DNA of 19,189 nucleotides from Candidatus Micrarchaeia archaeon (GCA_049964835.1 JBMFWW010000013.1:1-19189), one strand, 5' to 3'. Positions 9,883-17,225 are shown, counted from the stretch's first letter. Made by a program: numbers and translations. The notes: generated from the sequence alone by a model not told the origin.

Positions 9883-10380
9883 TTAGTATATTTTTCCTTG
9901 TAAGGTAAGTTTTTGTTTTATTCTCTTTGGCTCATATGCATTGCCTAACTGATCAGTCATTGATGAAATTGAAACGTTTATAAGTTTTAAATTACCCATA
10001 ACCACAGTTCCTGGCTTTGCACTAAAATCTCCAATTATTTCGACAGAGTCTTGAATCCATACCCCTTCAACATTTTTGAAGTTGAAGCCATATTTTGAGT
10101 ATGTTTCACTGTTTGAAGATCTCATCTCATTAATTGCTGAGTCAAGAAGTGCATTTTCTTCTTTTGTATTTAGTCTTCTACCCTCTTTAAATGCTCTTTT
10201 CTCTTCGTTTGTAAATGGAACTTCTGGAACTTCTGGTGATTCTTTTCTTATTAGACCGTTTTTAATTAGACGAATAGTTAGCTCATTGCCGTTTCTAAAC
10301 ACTGATTTTAATAATTCGGTTACTTCAGTAGTTATTGACTTTTGCTTTCCTTTGTATTCTTCAATCTTTGGACTGACCAT
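9883..10380 (-). CDS. Hypothetical protein (start more likely ATG 10380 than GTG 10389)
   Basis: GTGATAAAAATG start context and TTTATATA at 10412-10419 on the minus strand. No family recognised. Confidence 0.65.
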   Translation of the reverse strand: MVSPKIEEYKGKQKSITTEVTELLKSVFRNGNELTIRLIKNGLIRKESPEVPEVPFTNEEKRAFKEGRRLNTKEENALLDSAINEMRSSNSETYSKYGFNFKNVEGVWIQDSVEIIGDFSAKPGTVVMGNLKLINVSISSMTDQLGNAYEPKRIKQKLTLQGKIY

Positions 10381-10539
10381 TTTTATCACAATAGATATTT
10401 GTTTTTTATCATATATAAAGCTTCTGGATTAAAATTATATAGAATAAATAGATGCAAGAAAATATATTAATTAGGTAAAACCAAAAGCAAAAAAAGGAAC
10501 AAAATTAAAATACAAAGTATAAATGTATAAGTAAATTAT

Positions 10540-10610
10540 GGGCCCGTAGTCCAGTGGTAAGACACTACCTTCACACGGTAGAGACTGGAGTTCGATTCTC
10601 CGCGGGCCCA
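10540..10610 (+). tRNA. tRNA-Val (CAC)
   Basis: Acceptor GGGCCCG/CGGGCCC plus A, anticodon arm CTACC-TTCACAC-GGTAG (anticodon 10572-10574), T arm TGGAG-TTCGATT-CTCCG. Confidence 0.95.
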
Positions 10611-10754
10611 TTTTAAAAAATAATTTCTTATTGTTTTAAAATCGCTAATACCTATCCAGATTAATATATCTTTCGTAAATATTTACATTTTTGTTTTTTA
10701 TATAAATATTTAAATAGTTTTATACAGAAAGGTTATTGAAAAATAGTTGATTAA

Positions 10755-11411
10755 ATGGTGGAGATGGATTTTGTAAGATGGTTGGGTCACGCGAGTTTCC
10801 TTTTTGATTATGAAGGTAAAAATATTTATGTTGATCCCTATAAATTAAAAAGGCCTGTAAAAAAAGCAGATTTAATATTTATAACGCATCCTCATTTTGA
10901 CCATTTAAGCCCAGAAGATATAAAAATGATATCAAAACCTACTACAAAAATCTTTGTGCCAAAGGATAGCGCTTCTAAAGTACCGCACAAAAATGTAAAT
11001 GTAGTTGAACCGAATAATGAGTATGAAGAATCAGGAGTAAAAATAAGCACACTGCCCGCATATAATGTGGTTAAAGAAAGGATTTCGATGCATCCAAAAG
11101 AAAATAAATGGGTAGGTTATGTTATAGATATGGGTGGAAAACGCATTTACCATGCCGGAGACACAGATGAAATTCCTGAAATGAATAATCTTAGGGTTGA
11201 TTTAGCTCTTTTGCCAATGGGTGGCACATATACAATGTCTGCAGACGAAATGATACATGCAGCAAAGAAAATGAAGGCAAAAAATGTAGCACCAATACAT
11301 TATAAAATGCTTTTAGGAAAAGATGGTTCTAAAGAAGCAGAAGAAAAGTTCTTAAAAGAAGTAAAAAATGGAGTTATAATAAATGAAGAAAATCCTGAGT
11401 TTCATTTCTGA
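10755..11411 (+). CDS. Metallo-beta-lactamase fold hydrolase
   Basis: WLGHASF, YVDPY, ITHPHFDH, YHAGDT, DLALLPMGG.YTM and PIHY motifs. Confidence 0.92.
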   Translation: MVEMDFVRWLGHASFLFDYEGKNIYVDPYKLKRPVKKADLIFITHPHFDHLSPEDIKMISKPTTKIFVPKDSASKVPHKNVNVVEPNNEYEESGVKISTLPAYNVVKERISMHPKENKWVGYVIDMGGKRIYHAGDTDEIPEMNNLRVDLALLPMGGTYTMSADEMIHAAKKMKAKNVAPIHYKMLLGKDGSKEAEEKFLKEVKNGVIINEENPEFHF

Positions 11412-12175
11412 AGCTCAATAAGAGTTTTTGATATTTTTAATATTGATTCTGGTTCGATCTTAAATACACGCTCTTCGAATATTGAATCGTTTAAAAATAA
11501 GTGTTCTAGTTTTGATTTTTCTATATTGAGTTTTGATATAGAGTTTATAATTGCATTTTTAAGTCTTTTTTTCTTATGCTGCATTATTAATGTGATTATC
11601 TCTTCCTCTTCATTGTTTGGCTTATTACTATTTGGTTTTATGTATATTATCTGTGAGTCTACCTTTGGTTTAGGGAAAAAACTTTTCCTTGAAACCTTCA
11701 TCATTGGTACTATCTTAAATGAAAGATGACACATTACACTAAGTTTTGAATATGATGGACTATTAGGGACAGCAAGCATATGGTCAACAAACTCTTTTTG
11801 TAAACATAGTATCGCCTCGATTTTATTTTTATACAACCAAGAAATAACCTTACTTGAAAGATTATAGGGTATATTTGATATTAGTATTTCTATATTTGAA
11901 AGATTTATTTCAGAATCTGTGCAATCAAAAAAATCCTTATTTATGAGTTTTAAGTTAGGATAAGTAAGTTTAGAAGATAAATAATTAAAAAGACGTTCAT
12001 CTTTTTCTACAGCTATGACCTCTTTTGAAACTTTGCATAACTCTTCGGTTAAAATGCCGCGCCCAGGACCTATTTCAAGAACTACTTTATCTTCTCCGTG
12101 AGCAGCCTCTGCAAATGCAACATTTTTATTTATTAAAAAATTTTGGCCTAATTTTTTATTGGGTTTTATAATCAT
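11402..12175 (-). CDS. rsmA: 16S rRNA m6,2A dimethyltransferase (KsgA/RsmA/Dim1)
   Basis: KKLGQNFL, VLEIGPGRGILT, AVEKD, SNIPY, LQKEF and FFPKPKVDS motifs. Confidence 0.96.
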   Translation of the reverse strand: MIIKPNKKLGQNFLINKNVAFAEAAHGEDKVVLEIGPGRGILTEELCKVSKEVIAVEKDERLFNYLSSKLTYPNLKLINKDFFDCTDSEINLSNIEILISNIPYNLSSKVISWLYKNKIEAILCLQKEFVDHMLAVPNSPSYSKLSVMCHLSFKIVPMMKVSRKSFFPKPKVDSQIIYIKPNSNKPNNEEEEIITLIMQHKKKRLKNAIINSISKLNIEKSKLEHLFLNDSIFEERVFKIEPESILKISKTLIELQK

Positions 12176-12230
12176 AAAATCAAGCAGTATATTTATATTA
12201 TAACAAGTATAAAAAGTAATTTGATTTTAA

Positions 12231-12830
12231 ATGACAAATATAGGTGCAATATTTAGCGGAACTGCTTCGGTAGCGATACTAAACAAGTATGGATATCTAG
12301 CTATATTTATACTAATGATTCTAGAATCAGCATCATTGCCAATACCCAGCGAGGTGATACTTCCAATAGCAGGAGTCATTGCTTTCCAAGGTGTATTGAA
12401 CTTTTATCTTATTTTAGTTGTAGCAACATTAGCTGGCATAATTGGTATTACTATAGATTATTACATAGCGTATCTGTTAAGCAAAGATTTGTTTTATAAG
12501 CACCTAAAATTTTTTAGGGTTAAGAAAGAAACATTAGATAACTTCGATGCTTGGTTTAATAGAAATGGGGTGGCAGCTGTCTTTTTCATGCGTATGGTTC
12601 CAGTCTTAAGGGGATTAATAAGCTTCCCTGCTGGTTTTTCAGGAATGAATAAAAAGAAGTTTTATTTATACTCAATACTCGGCTCGCTAGTTTGGGATGT
12701 ACTACTTTTGTCATTCGGATTTTATGCGTTAGGCACAAGTAATGTAGCAACAGCTATCATACTTATGTCAATCTTAGCAGTAGGATTATATCTCATTTAT
12801 ACAATAGTAAATAAAAAACTTAAAAAATAA
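12231..12830 (+). CDS. dedA: DedA family membrane protein
   Basis: LESASLPIPSEVILP.AG and F.RMVPVLRGLISFPAG motifs. Confidence 0.93.
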   Translation: MTNIGAIFSGTASVAILNKYGYLAIFILMILESASLPIPSEVILPIAGVIAFQGVLNFYLILVVATLAGIIGITIDYYIAYLLSKDLFYKHLKFFRVKKETLDNFDAWFNRNGVAAVFFMRMVPVLRGLISFPAGFSGMNKKKFYLYSILGSLVWDVLLLSFGFYALGTSNVATAIILMSILAVGLYLIYTIVNKKLKK

Positions 12831-12837
12831 AAATAAA

Positions 12838-13161
12838 TTACTCCTTCTTCTCTAAAATGTGGGTTTCTACTATCTTTATTACTTGATCTATTGATTTCTT
12901 TATGTCTGCTTCTGTTTTAGATCCTGTACAAATTATCTTTCCATTCTTAAATAAAAGAAGTGCAGTTTTTGGAGAGTGTATTTTGCATATTGCACCAGGA
13001 AACTGCTCTGGCTCATAATCTACATCAGGAGACGATTTTGCTATAGCGTATAAATCTAACTCTACTCCTAAATCTGCACTTGCAACTATATTTTCTATCT
13101 TGAAATCAGGATGAAGTATTGACTTCTTACTAGTTTTTTCTGTTTTTGGTTTTTTTGACAT
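12838..13161 (-). CDS. Single-repeat TATA-box-binding protein homolog (107 aa)
   Basis: One TBP repeat: KIENIVAS, LDL..IA, YEPEQFPG, PK..LLLFKNGKIICTG.K. ATG at 13161 has a GGTG RBS. The 13218 start in the ORF track runs through the promoter region. Confidence 0.88.
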   Translation of the reverse strand: MSKKPKTEKTSKKSILHPDFKIENIVASADLGVELDLYAIAKSSPDVDYEPEQFPGAICKIHSPKTALLLFKNGKIICTGSKTEADIKKSIDQVIKIVETHILEKKE

Positions 13162-13246
13162 TGCACCACGCTTTATAAATGGATATGAAAGGTATTTATA
13201 TGTTTTTCTATAAAACAATATTTGATATTATAAAGTAGTTGATACT
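13162..13246. promoter_or_regulatory. Divergent promoter region between the half-TBP gene and rpl21e
   Basis: 85-bp AT-rich spacer with TATA-like elements (palindromic TTTATAAA at 13172-13179; GAAAAACATATAAATA on the minus strand near 13193-13208) and RBS-like motifs for both genes. Confidence 0.5.
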
Positions 13247-13537
13247 ATGTCACAAAGATCTCACGGATTATTTATAGGTAGAACAAGAAATCTTGCAAGG
13301 CACAATAAACCTTCCACGTTAGGTATAACTAAATTAATAAAAAATTTAGAAATAGGAAGTAAGGTAGTTATATCACAAAAAAGTAACTTTAGAAACATAC
13401 CACACCCTAGATACAAAGGCAGAATTGGAACGGTTATAGAAAGGCGTGGAGACTCTTATGTTGTAGAGTTTCCAGTATCTAAATCTATTAAAAGAAAACT
13501 TGTAGTGCCGCAAATGCATCTAGAAAAATTTGAATAA
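13247..13537 (+). CDS. rpl21e: 50S ribosomal protein L21e
   Basis: RSHG....TR..L, G.KV.I, PHPRYKGRIGTVI..RG..Y.V and K.L.V...HL motifs. Confidence 0.95.
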   Translation: MSQRSHGLFIGRTRNLARHNKPSTLGITKLIKNLEIGSKVVISQKSNFRNIPHPRYKGRIGTVIERRGDSYVVEFPVSKSIKRKLVVPQMHLEKFE

Positions 13538-13543
13538 ACTTTT

Positions 13544-14125
13544 TTATTGTTTAAATTTTTGTGCTGGAGGCCTAGTAAGTATATAAAACCTAGTTTCTCC
13601 TTTTAATTCTATTAGTATTCTTTCTGTAAGTAATTTTATAGGATCTTGCAAAAGTTGCACTCTGTTTATCATATCATCAAAACTTTCGAATGGCTTTTCA
13701 TCTCTTGCTTCAAGTAGAGATATAAGATGTTTCTTGCCTATTCCTGGCAAAAGCTCCAAAGAATGCATACGTATATTTATAGGAGAGGCTGCATTAAAAA
13801 AGTTTACAAACTTTTTCTCATTGCTTTTTATTATATTAGTAATTGCTATTGGTAGCTCATTCTTTGCAACTTCAGTAAGATTTTGGTATGTTAACCTTGC
13901 TTTTATTAAGGATATTTTATCCCTATCTCCCTTCCCTATATATAATCGTTCTTGTATCTTGATGTTTTGGTCCTTAGGAACAGCTTCTAATAGTGTAAAT
14001 CTTAACTCGCCAATTATTTGAACAATGGGCTCTGATCGTACAGAAAAAGACCTTCCAGTAGATAGATAATCGAGTACAATACCATACTCTTCCAAATCCT
14101 CTCTTCTCTGTTCAAAGTCTTGCAT
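13544..14125 (-). CDS. DUF655 family putative RNA-binding protein
   Basis: VLDYL..G, Q.IGE..FTLLE, YIGKG.RDKI, F.NFFN.A.PI..RMHSLELLPGIGKK and PFESF.D motifs. Confidence 0.93.
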   Translation of the reverse strand: MQDFEQRREDLEEYGIVLDYLSTGRSFSVRSEPIVQIIGELRFTLLEAVPKDQNIKIQERLYIGKGDRDKISLIKARLTYQNLTEVAKNELPIAITNIIKSNEKKFVNFFNAASPINIRMHSLELLPGIGKKHLISLLEARDEKPFESFDDMINRVQLLQDPIKLLTERILIELKGETRFYILTRPPAQKFKQ

Positions 14126-14144
14126 GTTGTTACGCCTTTTTTCA

Positions 14145-14483
14145 TTAAGATTTACCCTTGTTATCTTCTATTAATGCCATTATTTTTTTAATTGACTCTT
14201 CATCTGGCATATCCTTTTCATTAGTAAGTATCTGTTTTAATTGTGATTCATCAACCGGCATTACATCTACTATCTGTATTGCTGATTTCTTGCTTATTCC
14301 CATGCTTTCCAACTGTTTGAATAGCTTTTCAGCCTTTGATATATCTATACTTAAAAACTTCTTAATGTGATCATATGAAACTTGCTGTTCGTAACCCATG
14401 TCTCCCTCCTTCATTCTTTTTTCTAGTATTTCTAAAGCCTCAGCAGTTGTTATTGGCTCACTTCCAGTATTCTTATTAACCAT
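14145..14483 (-). CDS. rpoF: RNA polymerase subunit F (Rpo4)
   Basis: 112 aa; EA.EIL..R, YEQQ..YDH.KKF and AIQIVDVMP....L..I motifs; adjacent to DUF655. Confidence 0.9.
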   Translation of the reverse strand: MVNKNTGSEPITTAEALEILEKRMKEGDMGYEQQVSYDHIKKFLSIDISKAEKLFKQLESMGISKKSAIQIVDVMPVDESQLKQILTNEKDMPDEESIKKIMALIEDNKGKS

Positions 14484-14723
14484 GCTCTACACCTTCAGTT
14501 ACGAATAGATATTTGAATATTATATATTATAAACCTTTTGTTTTGAAAGTAATGATAGATTAATATAACTAATATAATAGGTGTAAAAGACCAATTAGCT
14601 TATGAATAGTATCGGTATTTTCGCTCACATTGTTAAATTTACATTGAATGGAGTTAAAGGTATGGAAAGTAGACAATACTATATATTATTATTTTTTGAA
14701 GTTTTAGTACATTTGGTGTATTA

Positions 14724-15632
14724 TTGGAACCGGAATTAGTGTATAAAGAGTTAATCGATGAAATGCATAAACACATAGCTGGAAAGATAGAAACAATTGA
14801 ACTTATGATAATAGCTATTGTTGCAGATGGACATGCTCTTCTTGAAGGAGTTCCAGGAGTCGCAAAAACAACTATGACAAAGGCATTAGCAGATACGATA
14901 CAAGCTGATTTTAAAAGAATCCAGGGAACCCCAGACATAATACCAAAAGATATCATAGGTTATGTTTATGAAGATGAAAAAACAAAAGAAATAAGTTTTT
15001 ACAAAGGTCCAGTTTTTACTAATATACTGCTTATAGACGAACTTAACAGAATGCAGCCAAGAACCATGAGTGCTTTACTTGAAACTTTAGAAGAAAAACA
15101 GGTCAGTACAGGAGGCGATGATTTGAAGTTGCCTAAGCCATTTATTGCATTTGCAACGCAAAACCCTCTTAAAATAGAGGGTACCGAGCCTTTGCCAAAA
15201 GTTCTTGCGGATAGATTTATGATGAAGATAGATGTTGATTATCCGAGTATGGAGGAAGAACAGAACATGTTAAGAATAAAGGAGCGCGAAGAGAAGACCG
15301 TTGTAAAGAAGATAATAAACACCGAGGACATGCTAGTTTTGCAGGAGATGGCCAAAAAAATAAGCATCTCTGATGCTGTTGTAGAGTACATATCTAAAAT
15401 TGTTAATGCTACAAGAACCGATATGCATGTAGTGATGGGAGCAAGCCCTAGAGCAGATATTGCATTTATGAGAACTGCAAAGGCAAGAGCACTTTTGCAG
15501 GGTAGAAAGGAAGCAACTATAGATGATATAAAATTTCTTGCAAGACCAGTATTAAGCCATAGAATAACTGTAAGATCTACAGGAGGTATTGGAGTACATG
15601 GAATTATAGACGGTATATTAGCATCAAATTAA
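14724..15632 (+). CDS. MoxR family AAA+ ATPase
   Basis: GHALLEGVPGVAKT (Walker A), RIQGTPD, LLIDELNR (Walker B), ATQNP..EGT.PLP, DRF, GASPRA and VLSHRI motifs. TTG start with GGTG RBS. Confidence 0.95.
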   Translation: MEPELVYKELIDEMHKHIAGKIETIELMIIAIVADGHALLEGVPGVAKTTMTKALADTIQADFKRIQGTPDIIPKDIIGYVYEDEKTKEISFYKGPVFTNILLIDELNRMQPRTMSALLETLEEKQVSTGGDDLKLPKPFIAFATQNPLKIEGTEPLPKVLADRFMMKIDVDYPSMEEEQNMLRIKEREEKTVVKKIINTEDMLVLQEMAKKISISDAVVEYISKIVNATRTDMHVVMGASPRADIAFMRTAKARALLQGRKEATIDDIKFLARPVLSHRITVRSTGGIGVHGIIDGILASN

Positions 15633-15654
15633 AAAAATAAAATGTCTTATCCCC

Positions 15655-15796
15655 AAATAAGGTCCTCACGACAAAGGAATATGATTATGTAAAAAGTATA
15701 CAAATCATGAAGAAGTTGACAGATAGAGGAATGAGATGAACCATAAGACAAACAAGGAAAGGAGAACAGGACATTAAATCGGGATACTACAATTAA
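15655..15796 (+). mobile_element. Possible highly decayed DDE transposase fragment
   Basis: GTC CTC ac GAC AAA GGA a TAT GAT reads VL-x-DKG-YD with small indels, followed by ...TRKGEQDIKSGYY. This resembles the second-Asp region of IS5/IS4-type transposases. Internal stop present. Confidence 0.3.
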
Positions 15797-15856
15797 AAAA
15801 TAAAACAAAATGTTTATATAGCTAATTACTCAAAAATAAATATAACATATGATTGT

Positions 15857-16033
15857 ATGTGCAACTATGGTGCGGTTGGGCAAATAGAAAAAGCAAGAAT
15901 AAATTTAAGAGCTGCAATTGAAGAGTTTTCAAGGTATGAGTTAGAAAACGGAGATTTGAAAAAGCTTCGTAGACAGATTGAAAGATTAGATAAAGGTCTT
16001 TTAAAAGCGCAACAAATTATTAGAAAAAATTAA
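15857..16033 (+). CDS. Small (58-aa) hypothetical helical protein not in the ORF track
   Basis: MCNYGAVGQIEKARINLRAAIEEFSRYELENGDLKKLRRQIERLDKGLLKAQQIIRKN; amphipathic pattern; TTTATATA at 15813-15820. Confidence 0.6.
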   Translation: MCNYGAVGQIEKARINLRAAIEEFSRYELENGDLKKLRRQIERLDKGLLKAQQIIRKN

Positions 16034-16094
16034 TTGTTTATACTAATTTTTACAAATAAAACAGAAAGTTAAGCATAAATATCTAAAAAATGAT

Positions 16095-17009
16095 ATGTTT
16101 TTGAACAAAATGAATCAGAATAAGATATTTCATAGGAATGAAGAGCTTAGAATCGCACTAAGTAAAATAAAACGAAATGTAGATATAATAATACACCCTT
16201 CAAAATTGCCTAGTTCTTTAGAATATACATACAATTTCACAAACGGACTTATTCTAAATGCGGCTGCCGTAGAGAATGATATCCAGAGTACATTGACAAC
16301 ACCAGCAGTAACTAGACTAGAATATATCGATACATTTAATTATTGGAATAACTCTAAAAGCATAAAAGATTTTGAACGGGTTTTTAGCAAAAAGCGTTTC
16401 CAAGAATTTTTTATTAGGAGTAGTTCAAATAATACAAAAGATTACTTAAAACTAGAAATGTTAACCATAGATGAACTTAAACAATTAGCAGAGCTAGGCA
16501 GACAGGAGGTACTAAGTTTTCCAGAGTATCTCGAGCTGTATAAAAAAATACGTTTATTCAATCCAGATGCACCAAAACTCGCAATTGATATACACAAACC
16601 TTATTTATCAGAAAGTGTTTTCAAAGAATTAGAATCTGAAGGATTATCTGATAGAATTTATATTATTATGGAAAGAAATTTAGAATCCTTATCTTCAATA
16701 AATAAATTTTTAAGCAAAAAAGGTAAAAATACAAATATTGGATTTGTTCCTGAAAGCAACATACTTGAATATGAAGGAGTAGATGCTTTCAAGAACTGCA
16801 TTAGAAGCGCGGTAGTTAATTATGAAATAAAAACATTTAGTATAAAACTGTCAGAACTTGATAATGTAGTAGATGAATTAAAAAAAACCAGATTAAAAAG
16901 TTACTCGCTAATAGTATATGTTCCTAGAACAGAAAATGATATTAATTTTCTTATTTCTAAAATACATTCGAATAATAACATAAAGGCGTATCAGGTAGAT
17001 TCTAAATAA
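16095..17009 (+). CDS. Divergent glycerophosphodiester phosphodiesterase (GDPD/PLC-like TIM-barrel) family protein
   Basis: Colinear GDPD-like motifs: IFHR, AAAVENDIQST, MLTIDELKQL, VLSFPEYL, LAIDIH, GLSDRIYI, IVYVPRTEND and AYQVD. Confidence 0.6.
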   Translation: MFLNKMNQNKIFHRNEELRIALSKIKRNVDIIIHPSKLPSSLEYTYNFTNGLILNAAAVENDIQSTLTTPAVTRLEYIDTFNYWNNSKSIKDFERVFSKKRFQEFFIRSSSNNTKDYLKLEMLTIDELKQLAELGRQEVLSFPEYLELYKKIRLFNPDAPKLAIDIHKPYLSESVFKELESEGLSDRIYIIMERNLESLSSINKFLSKKGKNTNIGFVPESNILEYEGVDAFKNCIRSAVVNYEIKTFSIKLSELDNVVDELKKTRLKSYSLIVYVPRTENDINFLISKIHSNNNIKAYQVDSK

Positions 17010-17063
17010 CCAAAGAAAAAATTAAAAATAATTTTAGGCGTATCCACAAATTAAGTAATGAAT

Positions 17064-17084
17064 AGTAAAATTGCAAATTTTACT
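17064..17084. terminator. Inverted repeat between the convergent GDPD-like gene and tRNA-Met
   Basis: AGTAAAATT-GCA-AATTTTACT is a perfect 9-bp stem. A terminator role is inferred from position only. Confidence 0.3.
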
Positions 17085-17105
17085 TATGAAAAAATAGATA
17101 GGTCT

Positions 17106-17225
17106 TGGCGGGGGCGGGATTTGAACCCGCGATCTCTAGATTTCTCGTCATCGCAAATAAATGCTCATCACTCATAGTGCTATGCATATGAGTCTAGCGC
17201 TCTAACCGGGCTGAGCTACCCCGCC
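17106..17225 (-). tRNA. tRNA-Met (CAT), elongator type, with 45-nt intron at position 37/38 (17142..17186)
   Basis: Exon 1 GGCGGGGTAGCTCAGCCCGGTTAGAGCGCTAGACTCATA; exon 2 ATCTAGAGATCGCGGGTTCAAATCCCGCCCCCGCCA. G1-C72 and the lack of three G-C anticodon-stem pairs argue against initiator. Confidence 0.92.

Noticed and set aside
10430..10539. A-rich tract upstream of tRNA-Val as an ncRNA or repeat
   Set aside because: Low-complexity promoter spacer with no stable structure or regular period.
1739..10610. Shared CGGGCCC ends of tRNA-Lys and tRNA-Val as att sites of an integrated element
   Set aside because: These are ordinary acceptor stems of two complete tRNAs on opposite strands. The enclosed genes are housekeeping and there is no integrase.
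13162..13218. 19-aa N-terminal extension of the TBP ORF as a remnant of the missing repeat
   Set aside because: MFYRKTYKYLSYPFIKRGA has no TBP motif and overlaps the TATA and RBS elements.
14602..14739. 45-aa ORF MNSIGIFAHIVK... upstream of moxR
   Set aside because: Overlaps the moxR promoter, RBS and start, and has no recognisable motif.
17106..17225. tRNA-CAT as initiator Met or Ile2
   Set aside because: Lacks A1-U72 and the three G-C anticodon-stem pairs of initiators. Acceptor stem and canonical intron fit elongator Met better than Ile2, though Ile2 is not fully excluded.
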